DNA of 64,000 bases from Bacteroidales bacterium. Lineage in GTDB: Bacteria > Bacteroidota > Bacteroidia > Bacteroidales > Prolixibacteraceae. Under the pieces are notes generated by a model. It was not told the DNA's origin. It did not search any database and worked only from the letters and a program-made list of their open reading frames with translations. Every line of letters starts with the position of its first letter. Positions within the stretch are counted from its first letter, which is position 1. The position numbers were made by a program, and so were the translations under genes. Positions 48,314 to 57,800 of the stretch are shown here, one piece after another. The stretch is taken from positions 39,923-103,922 of the forward strand of contig JBBIHB010000008.1 of NCBI GenBank assembly GCA_037447215.1, given 5' to 3'.

Positions 48314-49921
48314 ATGAAAAGGACAATATTTACAATCATTCTCCTGGTAATAGTTGGATTGTTGCTCATCAATATTTTCAACCGGGAAGATGAATACTAC
48401 AACCTCAAACTTGAAAAACTAAAACAGGAATACGCCATCAAACCTGTATCTTCCATTGATCACAGTAAGTTGCCTGCTTTACAACGCGAATTCAATTCCC
48501 CTCAGGAGGTTACTGAGACATGTATATCGTGCCATACCGAACGGCACAAGGAGGTAATGCAATCAGCGCACTGGAACTGGGAACGTGTGGCCTATATTGA
48601 AGGTCGGGGCATAGCAGCAGCTGGAAAGATAAATGTATTAAATAACTTCTGTCTTGGGGCACAGTCAAATGAACTTGCATGCGCGGCCTGTCATATTGGG
48701 TTTGGAATGACCAACGACCATTTCGACTTTGAAAATGCCCGGAATGTAGATTGTATGGTATGTCACGATAACAGCGATGAATATCATAAAGGTTCGGCAA
48801 TGGCTGGTTACCCGGCGCGTGACGTAAACCTGACAAAAGTTGCCCAGAGTGTCGGGACTCCGCAGCGGATCAACTGCGGAAGTTGTCATTTTTATAGTGG
48901 AGGGGGTAACAATGTGAAGCATGGCGATTTGGAAGTGGCTCAACTTGCAACCGACCGGAATGTGGATGTACACATGGCTGCCAACGGGATGAATATGACT
49001 TGCGTGGCTTGTCATACAGCCGAAAACCACCAGATAAAAGGACGGTTATATTCTGTTTCATCCGAAAATACCAATCGCGCTACCTGCGAACAATGCCACA
49101 CCAACACTCCCCATTTTGATAATATTTTAAACCGGCATAATGCAAAAGTATCGTGCCAGGCTTGTCACATTCCGGTTTATGCCAAAGTAAACCCCACCAA
49201 AATGAGCTGGATATGGTCAGAGGCAGGTCAATTGCGCAATGGTGAGCCATATAAAGAATTCAATGCCGACAGTACGGAGGAATACCAATCGATAAAAGGA
49301 CGGTTTAAATGGGCAAAGAATGTGAAGCCTGACTACATCTGGTTTAATGGAACTGCCGACCATTATCTTCTTGGCGACACTATAAAATCGGTTCCGGTAC
49401 TGATGAATACCCTATATGGGTCGCATAACGACAGAGAATCTAAAATTGTGCCGGTGAAAATCCATACCGGCGACCAGATTTATGATACCAAGTATAAAAC
49501 CCTTATTCAGCCAAAAACATTTTCGGTTGCGGAGGGAGACAGTGGTTACTGGAAAAATTTTGACTGGCACCTTGCAGCAACTGCAGGAATGGAGAGGGTA
49601 GGATTACCTTACAGCGGGGAATACGATTTTGTAGAAACTGTAATGTATTGGCCTGTAAATCACATGGTAGCGCCAAAAGATCAGGCTGTTGGATGTGCCG
49701 AATGCCATACCCGTAATGAGGGGCGTTTGGCCAATCTTTCTGGCTTTTATTTGCCCGGGCGCGACTATCACAAAAACCTCGACAGGTTTGGGGCATTGAT
49801 TTTCTTTGGTGCTTTGCTTGCCGTTGTTTTGCATGCAATTTCAAGGGTGGTTGTATCTATCAGGCGAAGAGAATACAACACCGATGTAATTGACTACAAT
49901 ACTGACAATAATAACATGTAA
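48314..49921 (+). CDS. Octaheme c-type cytochrome, tetrathionate-reductase (Otr)-like family
   Basis: Eight CxxCH motifs (CISCH, CAACH, CMVCH, CGSCH, CVACH, CEQCH, CQACH, CAECH) and no CxxCK. There is an N-terminal TM/signal anchor and a C-terminal TM helix (FGALIFFGALLAVVLHAISRVVV). Confidence 0.75.
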   Translation: MKRTIFTIILLVIVGLLLINIFNREDEYYNLKLEKLKQEYAIKPVSSIDHSKLPALQREFNSPQEVTETCISCHTERHKEVMQSAHWNWERVAYIEGRGIAAAGKINVLNNFCLGAQSNELACAACHIGFGMTNDHFDFENARNVDCMVCHDNSDEYHKGSAMAGYPARDVNLTKVAQSVGTPQRINCGSCHFYSGGGNNVKHGDLEVAQLATDRNVDVHMAANGMNMTCVACHTAENHQIKGRLYSVSSENTNRATCEQCHTNTPHFDNILNRHNAKVSCQACHIPVYAKVNPTKMSWIWSEAGQLRNGEPYKEFNADSTEEYQSIKGRFKWAKNVKPDYIWFNGTADHYLLGDTIKSVPVLMNTLYGSHNDRESKIVPVKIHTGDQIYDTKYKTLIQPKTFSVAEGDSGYWKNFDWHLAATAGMERVGLPYSGEYDFVETVMYWPVNHMVAPKDQAVGCAECHTRNEGRLANLSGFYLPGRDYHKNLDRFGALIFFGALLAVVLHAISRVVVSIRRREYNTDVIDYNTDNNNM

Positions 49922-49950
49922 GCTGTGGAAATCAAGATTAATCTGCAATT

Positions 49951-50619
49951 ATGAAACGAGTATATGTATATAAGGGCTTTGAACGTTTCTGGCACTGGAC
50001 CCAGGCTTCGCTCATTATTTTTCTGGCCTTAACAGGATTCGAGGTACACGGGACTTTCGATATTATAGGTTTCGAACATGCAGCCCGTTATCACAGGGTT
50101 GCATCATGGATGCTAATAGGTTTGATTGTATTCGCTATTTTCTGGCATTTTGTAACCGGCGAATGGAAACAATACATTCCAACTACCTCAAAATTGGTCG
50201 AGCAGATCAGGTTCTACAGCATTGGAATGTTCAGGGGCGAAAAGCATCCTACACGAAAAACTGAAGTAAGGAAACTTAATCCTCTTCAACGGTTGGTTTA
50301 TCTGGGATTCAAGCTGGTGCTTGTACCAATAACAATTGTATCGGGTATGCTTTATATGTTCCATAAAACAATCGATAAAAATAATATAGTGGTTATCAGC
50401 GATTTTTCGCTTGATTCGATTGCATTCTGGCATACTTTGGGAGCCATTCTTCTGATGGTTTTTCTGGTTGTGCATGTTTACATGACAACTACCGGTCATA
50501 CTCCAACCTCGAATATACAAGCTATGATTACCGGCTACGAAGACCTCGAGGAGGAAGAGGAGCCTGTTTCATCAGAACCGGCTTCAACAAAAAAAGTGAT
50601 TCAAAAATCAAAAAAATAA
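49951..50619 (+). CDS. Di-haem cytochrome b (Ni/Fe-hydrogenase/FDH gamma-type, PF01292-like) membrane subunit
   Basis: Four TM helices with conserved His (RFWHW; HRVASW...FWHF; FWHTLG...VVHVYM). Acidic/basic C-terminal tail. Confidence 0.75.
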   Translation: MKRVYVYKGFERFWHWTQASLIIFLALTGFEVHGTFDIIGFEHAARYHRVASWMLIGLIVFAIFWHFVTGEWKQYIPTTSKLVEQIRFYSIGMFRGEKHPTRKTEVRKLNPLQRLVYLGFKLVLVPITIVSGMLYMFHKTIDKNNIVVISDFSLDSIAFWHTLGAILLMVFLVVHVYMTTTGHTPTSNIQAMITGYEDLEEEEEPVSSEPASTKKVIQKSKK

Positions 50620-50625
50620 TAACAC

Positions 50626-51144
50626 ATGCAGGCAAAACCATTTATGAATCCATACCTGGCCGGATTTTTATTAGGCCTGGTACTTTTGGCCACCATTTAC
50701 ATTACAGGTCGTGGACTTGGTGCCAGTGGGGCATTCAAAAGTGTAATCATTGCCACTGTCGATAAAGTGGCTCCGAACCATACTGAAAATACAGCATTTT
50801 ACCAGGATTTCAGGGAAACTAATCCCGAAGGGCCCTGGAAAAATTTTCTGGTTTTTGAAATTATCGGGGTATTAATAGGTGCATTCTTTTCGGGAGTGCT
50901 GGCCAATCGGACAGGTCTCAAGCTGGAAAAAGGACCGCGTATTACCAATACAACAAGGGTCATCGCTGCCATAATCGGAGGTGCCTTGTTTGGTTTTGGC
51001 TCGCAACTGGGAAGGGGTTGTACCAGTGGATCGGCTTTAAGCGGAATGGCAGTGCTGTCTCTCGGAGGCATTCTTACCATGCTCGCCATTTTTGGTGCGG
51101 CATACTCATTGGCTTATTTCTTTCGTAAACTTTGGTTAAAATAG
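50626..51144 (+). CDS. YeeE/YedE-family sulfur-compound transporter, half-size subunit
   Basis: Four TM helices and the GRGCTSGSALSG motif. Confidence 0.75.
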   Translation: MQAKPFMNPYLAGFLLGLVLLATIYITGRGLGASGAFKSVIIATVDKVAPNHTENTAFYQDFRETNPEGPWKNFLVFEIIGVLIGAFFSGVLANRTGLKLEKGPRITNTTRVIAAIIGGALFGFGSQLGRGCTSGSALSGMAVLSLGGILTMLAIFGAAYSLAYFFRKLWLK

Positions 51145-51151
51145 CAATCGT

Positions 51152-52348
51152 ATGGGACCATTAGTACCGTTTATTATCAGTGAAGAGTTCAGCCTCATTA
51201 TAGCGCTGCTCATTGGGATTGCTTTCGGTTTTGTTCTCGAACAGGCCGGGTTTTCATCTACCAAAAAACTGGTTGGCCTCTTTTATGGATATGATTTCAC
51301 CGTTTTAAGGGTATTCTTTACAGCCGGTGTTACAGCCATGGCTGGTGTACTCATTTTGGGGCATTATGGACTGCTCGAACTGGATGTGATCTATGTTAAC
51401 CCGACATTTGTTAAATCCGCTCTGTTGGGTGGATCTATCATGGGTGCCGGATTTATTATCGGAGGCTTTTGTCCCGGCACAAGTGTTTGTGCCCTCGCGG
51501 TGGGGAAACTCGATGGCCTGGCCTTCATCGGAGGTTCACTTATTGGTGTGTTTGCCTTTACAGAAGGTTTTCCGTTGATTGAAAATATATACGAAGCCAA
51601 CAATCTGGGTCAGGTGAAAATTTCGACTTATCTGGGATTGTCAGATGTTACCTTTGGATTTTTACTTGCGGCAATGGCAGTAGGTGCTTTTGTTGCTACC
51701 TGGTTTATCGAAAACCGTGTCAATAAGCGGGCTTCAGTAATTGATAAAAGGATAAAATACAAATATGCATTGGCAACATTTACCCTGTTTGTTGTATTGG
51801 GTGTTGTAGCTTTTTTGCCCGGTAGGTACGACATCATCAACAAGCGGATTGCAGAGGCCAAACGGCAGCAAACTTGTGTATTTAAAGAAATTTCGGCGGA
51901 CAGGCTTGCAAATGAAATCGTCAAAAACTACTATAAATTAAATATTATCGATGTTCGTTCTCCCGAAGAGTTTGAAATATTTCATATACCCATGGCCATC
52001 AATATCCCATTTGACCAAATGATGGAAAGGCAGTATGAACCTCTTTTCAGACAGAAGTTAAAAATCAATATTTTTTATGCCGATAATGATACACTGGTGC
52101 GAAAGGCTTGCCTGAAAGCTAAATTTATCGGGAAATCGGAGAATTACATCCTTCGTGAGAAAGCATCGGATTTCAGGGCAATGTTTTTTGATCTGGAAGA
52201 ACCCCCTGCAAATTCACCTAAATTGGTAATGGATATTTACCATTTCAGGGCACAATCGGCTGCAGGAATGCAAAATCTTATGGATGCCCTGAAGAATATT
52301 GGTGCGCCTGTGAAACGCGAAGTGGTTGCTGTGAGGGGCGGATGTTGA
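51152..52348 (+). CDS. YeeE/YedE-family half-transporter fused to a rhodanese-like domain that lacks the catalytic Cys
   Basis: N-terminal part has the GGFCPGTSVCA motif and about 6 TM helices. C-terminal part is rhodanese-like (LNIIDVRSPEEFEIFHIPMAINIP ... INIFYADNDTLVRKA), with Ala310 where the active-site Cys is expected. The protein ends ...VRGGC. Confidence 0.7.
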   Translation: MGPLVPFIISEEFSLIIALLIGIAFGFVLEQAGFSSTKKLVGLFYGYDFTVLRVFFTAGVTAMAGVLILGHYGLLELDVIYVNPTFVKSALLGGSIMGAGFIIGGFCPGTSVCALAVGKLDGLAFIGGSLIGVFAFTEGFPLIENIYEANNLGQVKISTYLGLSDVTFGFLLAAMAVGAFVATWFIENRVNKRASVIDKRIKYKYALATFTLFVVLGVVAFLPGRYDIINKRIAEAKRQQTCVFKEISADRLANEIVKNYYKLNIIDVRSPEEFEIFHIPMAINIPFDQMMERQYEPLFRQKLKINIFYADNDTLVRKACLKAKFIGKSENYILREKASDFRAMFFDLEEPPANSPKLVMDIYHFRAQSAAGMQNLMDALKNIGAPVKREVVAVRGGC

Positions 52349-52409
52349 ATTGTGGGTTCTATGTTCCCCCTAAATGCATGATTAAATTGCGGTTTTTCGG
52401 CACTCTTCT

Positions 52410-52417
52410 TATTTTTG
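52410..52417 (+). promoter_or_regulatory. Bacteroidota -7 box (TAnnTTTG) upstream of the sigma-54 activator gene
   Basis: TATTTTTG lies 25 nt upstream of ATG 52442. Confidence 0.4.
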
Positions 52418-52441
52418 TGGCAAATTAATAAACAAAACAGC

Positions 52442-53605
52442 ATGTCACGAATTTTGGTTATCGACGATGAGCGAAGCATCCGCAATACGTTAAAAGATAT
52501 TCTTGAGTACGAAAAATATCAGGTTGATTTGGCCGAAAACGGGCCTGCTGGTCTCGAGAAAGTAAAAACCGGCGAATATGCCGTAGTTTTATGCGATATT
52601 AAAATGCCTGGAATGGATGGCATCGAAGTACTAGAAAAGCTCGGCGAGCAGGGATATGATGCTCCAGTAGTGATGATTTCGGGACATGGAAATATTGATA
52701 CAGCCGTTGAGGCCATTAAAAAAGGTGCGTTCGATTTCATTGAAAAACCCCTCGATCTGAACCGGTTGCTTATTACCATCCGAAATGCAATGGATAAGTC
52801 GAATCTGGTTACAGAAACAAAAATTCTCAAGAAAAAAGTCAACAAACGGTACGAAATTGTGGGTAAATCGGAAGCCATCCGCAAGGTGCTCGAAATGGCC
52901 GACAGGGTTGCCCGTACCGATGCGCGTGTGCTTATAACCGGTTCGAACGGAACTGGCAAAGAACTTGTCGCCCGCCGTATCCACGATCTGAGCAACAGGG
53001 CGCAAGGCCCGTTTGTGGAAGTAAACTGTGCCGCAATCCCTTCGGAATTGATCGAAAGTGAATTGTTTGGTCACGAGAAAGGTGCATTTACATCGGCCAT
53101 AAAGCAACGCAAAGGAAAATTTGAACAAGCAAATGGGGGTACCCTTTTTCTGGACGAAATCGGCGATATGAGCCTATCAGCCCAGGCAAAAGTTTTGAGG
53201 GCTCTTCAGGAAAGTATAATCAGCAGGGTGGGCAGCGATAATGCCATAAAAGTAGATGTGCGTGTAGTGGCGGCAACCAATAAAAACCTCTCAGACGAGA
53301 TTGAAAAAGGAAACTTCCGCGAAGACCTCTATCACCGCCTCAGTGTTATCCTGATCAGAGTTCCTTCACTCAGCGAAAGGCTCGAGGATGTTCCTCTTCT
53401 GGCAGCTCATTTTATTCAACAGATTTGCAGCGAGTATGGTATTCCTGAAAAAACACTTACAGAGGATGCAGTAAAAGAGTTGCAGAAAATTGTGTGGACC
53501 GGAAACATCAGGGAGTTCAGAAATGTAATTGAGAGGCTCATCATATTGTGCGATAAAAAAATTAGCGCAGCCGATGTTTTAGCATACGCAGCACCACTTA
53601 AATGA
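52442..53605 (+). CDS. Sigma-54-dependent response regulator (REC + AAA+) without a C-terminal HTH domain
   Basis: REC domain (ILVIDDE...[11 protein letters not shown]...KPL). AAA+ domain ([42 protein letters not shown]). Only ~22 aa follow the last AAA+ motif. Confidence 0.85.
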   Translation: MSRILVIDDERSIRNTLKDILEYEKYQVDLAENGPAGLEKVKTGEYAVVLCDIKMPGMDGIEVLEKLGEQGYDAPVVMISGHGNIDTAVEAIKKGAFDFIEKPLDLNRLLITIRNAMDKSNLVTETKILKKKVNKRYEIVGKSEAIRKVLEMADRVARTDARVLITGSNGTGKELVARRIHDLSNRAQGPFVEVNCAAIPSELIESELFGHEKGAFTSAIKQRKGKFEQANGGTLFLDEIGDMSLSAQAKVLRALQESIISRVGSDNAIKVDVRVVAATNKNLSDEIEKGNFREDLYHRLSVILIRVPSLSERLEDVPLLAAHFIQQICSEYGIPEKTLTEDAVKELQKIVWTGNIREFRNVIERLIILCDKKISAADVLAYAAPLK

Positions 53606-53673
53606 CTTTTCAGGTAAAATAGGAACCACCAAAAAAAAAACCGGTTATAGTCAATCACTCATAGCGGATTTAT

Positions 53674-53681
53674 TACTTTTG
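53674..53681 (+). promoter_or_regulatory. Bacteroidota -7 box (TAnnTTTG) upstream of the GT2 gene
   Basis: TACTTTTG lies 24 nt upstream of ATG 53705. Confidence 0.4.
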
Positions 53682-53704
53682 CGCTGTTTTTAACAGAATA
53701 TTTT

Positions 53705-54454
53705 ATGATCAGGGATAAAAAAGTTGTGGTGGTTTTACCGGCTTATAATGCTGAAAAAACACTGAAAATAACTTACGACGAAATTGATTTTACCATTGTT
53801 GATGAGGTGATCCTGGTTGATGACCTTAGTCGGGACGCCACCATTAAGGTTGCCCGTGAACTGGGTATAAAACACATTGTTGAACATCAGGTAAACCGTG
53901 GCTATGGTGGCAACCAGAAAAGCTGCTATAATAAGGCTCTTGAACTTGGGGCCGATATTGTTATTATGCTTCACCCTGATTATCAATACACCCCATTGTT
54001 GATCCCTGCCATGTCGCACTTGCTTGCCAGTGGACTCTATCATGTTGTTCTTGGTTCGCGCATCCTTGGAAAAGGAGCACTGAAAGGCGGAATGCCGGTT
54101 TATAAATATATAGCCAACCGGTTTCTTACACTTTTTCAGAATATCCTGATGAATGCAAAACTGTCGGAATACCATACCGGGTATCGCGCTTTTACAAGGC
54201 AAGTTCTTGAGTCGGTCAATTTTGAAGCCAATTCCGACAATTTTATTTTCGATAATCAGATGCTTGCCCAGATTTGGTTTCAGGGATATGAAATAGCAGA
54301 AATTACCTGTCCGACCAAATATTTTGACGAAGCTTCGAGTATTAATATTAAAAATAGTTTGATTTATGGGCTTGGTGTGTTGAAAACATCTGTTGTTTAC
54401 CGCCTGAACAGGTGGAAATTAATGAAGTCCAAAATATTGGTACCCAATAAATAA
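53705..54454 (+). CDS. Family 2 glycosyltransferase (Dpm1/polyprenol-phosphate sugar synthase-like)
   Basis: VVLPAYNAEKTL, ILVDDLSRDAT, and the DxD-like HPDYQY. Confidence 0.8.
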   Translation: MIRDKKVVVVLPAYNAEKTLKITYDEIDFTIVDEVILVDDLSRDATIKVARELGIKHIVEHQVNRGYGGNQKSCYNKALELGADIVIMLHPDYQYTPLLIPAMSHLLASGLYHVVLGSRILGKGALKGGMPVYKYIANRFLTLFQNILMNAKLSEYHTGYRAFTRQVLESVNFEANSDNFIFDNQMLAQIWFQGYEIAEITCPTKYFDEASSINIKNSLIYGLGVLKTSVVYRLNRWKLMKSKILVPNK

Positions 54455-54679
54455 ATTTTGTTTTTGCTTCAAATGTCAATAAGGAAAATTGGTAGATTTG
54501 TTAATCGGGTAATTAATTTATCGGGGAATGTTTTGCTCCCTGGAAGGTTTTGATGGATCTTTATTACAATTAAAGCCCCTAAATATATCAAAATGCCATT
54601 CTTTCAACGATTTAAGGGTCATGGAATCATGGGAACACCCTAAATTAAACCCGATTTAATAGGAAGGCACAGAAACGTA

Positions 54680-55720
54680 CTATATATATTCATCCCCAAA
54701 CGAAACCCCCATTTTACGGGCGATTTCAATCATCGGATCATTGGGTTCAACCAACCTGGTTTTACCCCCGACTTCTTCAAGGGGGACTGCTTCAAGACGT
54801 GTATCTCTTATGGCTACCATGGTTCCAAATTTGCCGTTAGCAATACATTCGGCGGCGAAAAAGCCGTACCGGGTTGCCAGTATCCTGTCGGTAGGTGTTG
54901 GGCTTCCTCCACGCTGAAGGTATCCAAGCACCGTCTCGCGTGTTTCAATGCCCGTAAAAGTGGTAATGGCATCGGAGAGGTAGTGTGCAGCCGAACCCCT
55001 GTGCGGGTGTTCAATTCCTTCGGCGACAACAACAATGGAGTAAGCTTTATTGTCCTCGTAGCGGTTTTCGATTTTTTTACATACCGAACGGATGTTATGC
55101 GGTAATTCGGGCAATAGAATAATATCGCCTCCACCGGCCATTCCTGCATAAAGTGCAAGCCATCCTGCATTGTGGCCCATTACTTCGATAATCATTACAC
55201 GTTGGTGCGAATTGGCTGTGGTGTGCAGGCGGTCGATGGCTTCGGTTGCAATATATACTGCCGAATCGAACCCGAAGGTAACATCGGTACCCCAAACGTC
55301 ATTGTCAATGGTTTTGGGTATCCCAATCACATTCAGTCCTTCCTTCGATAACATATTGGCGGTTTTCATTGTTCCATTACCACCGATACAAATCAGTGCG
55401 TCGAGCCCGAGGTTCTCATAGTTTTGAATGATATGGACGGGTTTTACATTGGGTTCACCCCCGTTCCCTACCAATTTGTAAGGTTTTTCCCGCGAAGTAC
55501 CAAGAATGGTGCCCCCAAGGGTCAAAATTCCCGATAATTGGCTCTCTTTAAGTTCAATATAATCGTTGTTGATAAGCCCTGTATATCCAGCCCTGAACCC
55601 TATCACTTCCATTCCATACTCTACGATAGCCGTTTTTCCAATACCTCTGATGGCAGCATTTAATCCTGGACAATCGCCCCCTGCTGTCAGAATTCCAATC
55701 CTATTCTTTCTTTTCGACAT
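54680..55720 (-). CDS. pfkA: 6-phosphofructokinase
   Basis: IGILTAGGDCPGLNAAIRG, IGGNGT, PKTIDNDV, MGHNAGW and LGYLQRGG. Confidence 0.9.
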   Translation of the reverse strand: MSKRKNRIGILTAGGDCPGLNAAIRGIGKTAIVEYGMEVIGFRAGYTGLINNDYIELKESQLSGILTLGGTILGTSREKPYKLVGNGGEPNVKPVHIIQNYENLGLDALICIGGNGTMKTANMLSKEGLNVIGIPKTIDNDVWGTDVTFGFDSAVYIATEAIDRLHTTANSHQRVMIIEVMGHNAGWLALYAGMAGGGDIILLPELPHNIRSVCKKIENRYEDNKAYSIVVVAEGIEHPHRGSAAHYLSDAITTFTGIETRETVLGYLQRGGSPTPTDRILATRYGFFAAECIANGKFGTMVAIRDTRLEAVPLEEVGGKTRLVEPNDPMIEIARKMGVSFGDEYI

Positions 55721-55809
55721 AATTTTATGCTTTGGATAGTCGATTATATTATTATTTTAAAAGTCGGCGGCGAAATTATAAAAAACATTGACTGATTATC
55801 CTTTTTTAA

Positions 55810-55817
55810 TATTTTTG
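55810..55817 (+). promoter_or_regulatory. Bacteroidota -7 box (TAnnTTTG) upstream of the DUF1080 gene
   Basis: TATTTTTG lies 46 nt upstream of ATG 55864. Confidence 0.35.
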
Positions 55818-55863
55818 TACTGGCAGAAATCAACGTAATTTTTTAATATTAAAACAAATAGCA

Positions 55864-56646
55864 ATGAAAAAAATTTCAGTTATTCTTATGGCAGTTTCAT
55901 TTGTGGTTTTGTTTGCTTGTCAGGGTGGACAAAAAAAGCCGCAGGGTACTGACACCACCAAATCGGCCGAAGTGGGTCCTAACCAATTGACAGAAGATGA
56001 AAAATCCGAAGGTTGGGCCCTTCTTTTTGATGGTGAAACAACAACCGGATGGCGTGGTGTAAACAAGGATCATTTCCCTGCAGCATGGATCATTGAAGAT
56101 GGCGCCCTAAAATGTCAGGGTTCCGGACGTGGTGAGGCTGGCGCTGCCGATGGTGGCGACATCCTTTACGATAAAGGATTCAGTAATTTTATCCTTCGCC
56201 TCGAATGGAAAATTTCGGAAGGTGGCAACTCGGGTATTTTTTACCTTGGAAAAGAAGTTGAAGGCTGGCCCATTTGGAAGACTGCACCCGAAATGCAGGT
56301 ACTTGACAATGAACGCCACCCCGATTCATTCCTCGGTGTTGATGGTAACCGTAAAGCAGGTTCGTTATATGACCTGATTCCGGCAAAACCGCAAAATGCA
56401 AAACCTGCTGGCGAATGGAACAGTGTTGAAATCCTGGTTTACAGGGGTACTGTTGTTCACAAACAGAATGGCGAAACGGTTCTCGAATACCATTTATGGA
56501 CCGATGAGTGGAACCAGCTGGTTGCCGGTTCAAAGTTCCCGGGTTTAAACCCCGACTGGGCCAATGTACCTGAGTCGGGATATATTGCATTACAGGATCA
56601 CGGTGATGATGTATGGTTCCGCAGCATCAGGATTAAAGAATTGTAA
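55864..56646 (+). CDS. DUF1080 (3-keto-disaccharide hydrolase-like) lipoprotein
   Basis: Lipobox LFAC. Also GWRGVNKD...W.IEDGAL, NSGIFY, E.QVLDN, and terminal GYIALQDHGDDVWFRSIRIKEL. Confidence 0.85.
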   Translation: MKKISVILMAVSFVVLFACQGGQKKPQGTDTTKSAEVGPNQLTEDEKSEGWALLFDGETTTGWRGVNKDHFPAAWIIEDGALKCQGSGRGEAGAADGGDILYDKGFSNFILRLEWKISEGGNSGIFYLGKEVEGWPIWKTAPEMQVLDNERHPDSFLGVDGNRKAGSLYDLIPAKPQNAKPAGEWNSVEILVYRGTVVHKQNGETVLEYHLWTDEWNQLVAGSKFPGLNPDWANVPESGYIALQDHGDDVWFRSIRIKEL

Positions 56647-56669
56647 GATATAAACTCATATCTGTAGTA

Positions 56670-56697
56670 AGCCATTCCATCAGGGATGGCTTTTTTA
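56670..56697. terminator. Hairpin between the convergent DUF1080 and gldB genes
   Basis: AGCCATTCC / GGATGGCT stem with one bulge, followed by T6 on the plus strand. It overlaps the gldB stop codon. Confidence 0.55.
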
Positions 56698-57705
56698 TGG
56701 CAAATATGCCGATGCAGCGAGTATTTCCATATAGTTTTTATTTTCCATTAATTGCTGCAAGGTAACTTCAGGATGCCTTTTCATATATTTCCTGATGATT
56801 TGCCTTCCAAGCCAAGCTCCCGTCCGGGCTGGCGATTCCTGAGGAAATCCGTTGGTGTGGGGCCCGTCGTTGATGTAACGGACAATATCCATTTGTTTGG
56901 TGGAATAAAGCAGTTCATGTTCGATCAGGTAGGTCCACATTTGTGATTCGTTCTTCCTGCACCATTCTGCCTGTTTTGCAGTAAAACCGGTAATCAGTGT
57001 ATCGTGCGCACCTGGCATCATAGCTTCGAGAAAATAGAGCAGTTTTCCTTCATGAACAATGTGGTCGAGCAGGGTGGTGGCCTGACTTCCGATTTCGAAT
57101 TCGCCCATAGCCCATACATACATGGCATCGGTTGGTATCATTTCGGGGATCATTTTGCGTTGTTTAAACCGGGGAAATCCCAATAAATGATAATATACAT
57201 TGTCTGCTCCAAGATATTTATCGAGACTGATGCCAATCAGGTTTTCATCGGCAAATACCGATTCGTTGAAACCAGAAACACAGGTATAAATTTCGGGCAA
57301 TGGTTTATCGGGGTAATAATACTGGTAGTGTTTAAAAGCATGGATTAATCTTTTTTCAACCTCAGAAAAATCTGAAAATTTTTCTTCCACCATCCGGTAA
57401 CCCGATTGGATCATAGTATCATTCAAAAAAGTATGTATCCCATCAATGGTTTCATCTTCAATCAAAGCACCAATCCTGATGATGTGCATGGTAAAAATAT
57501 CTGTAAATTCAGGATAGCGGTCCCTGAGAATTTCTATATTTTCTTTTGAAGGATTATTCCCAAGCAATATGAGTTCTTTTTCGAACCTGATAATTTCTAT
57601 CTCACCGGTAATACCGGAAATATTTATTTTGAGGGGATTCCTATTGCAGGAAAAAATGAACAATACTATAATTACCAACCAGGATACCTTAAAAATCAGC
57701 TTCAT
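56695..57705 (-). CDS. gldB: Gliding-motility lipoprotein GldB
   Basis: Lipobox FIFSC. RFEKEL near the N-terminus and C-terminal ...TGAWLGRQIIRKYM. Divergent nadE adjacency matches what I recall for Flavobacterium. Confidence 0.7.
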   Translation of the reverse strand: MKLIFKVSWLVIIVLFIFSCNRNPLKINISGITGEIEIIRFEKELILLGNNPSKENIEILRDRYPEFTDIFTMHIIRIGALIEDETIDGIHTFLNDTMIQSGYRMVEEKFSDFSEVEKRLIHAFKHYQYYYPDKPLPEIYTCVSGFNESVFADENLIGISLDKYLGADNVYYHLLGFPRFKQRKMIPEMIPTDAMYVWAMGEFEIGSQATTLLDHIVHEGKLLYFLEAMMPGAHDTLITGFTAKQAEWCRKNESQMWTYLIEHELLYSTKQMDIVRYINDGPHTNGFPQESPARTGAWLGRQIIRKYMKRHPEVTLQQLMENKNYMEILAASAYLP

Positions 57706-57800
57706 GTTAAAATTATTTTTATTCTAATACGACAGGCGTAAAACATTATTGCGAAAGTGAATGAAAAAGTGGAGATTTGCAATCATTAAATTATCAGACT

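Noticed and set aside
54455-54679. 225-nt convergent spacer between the GT2 and pfkA genes, checked for a small RNA or ORF
   Set aside because: It has only a 7-bp long-range complement (ATCGGGT/ACCCGAT) and a 16-codon ORF. There is nothing supportable.
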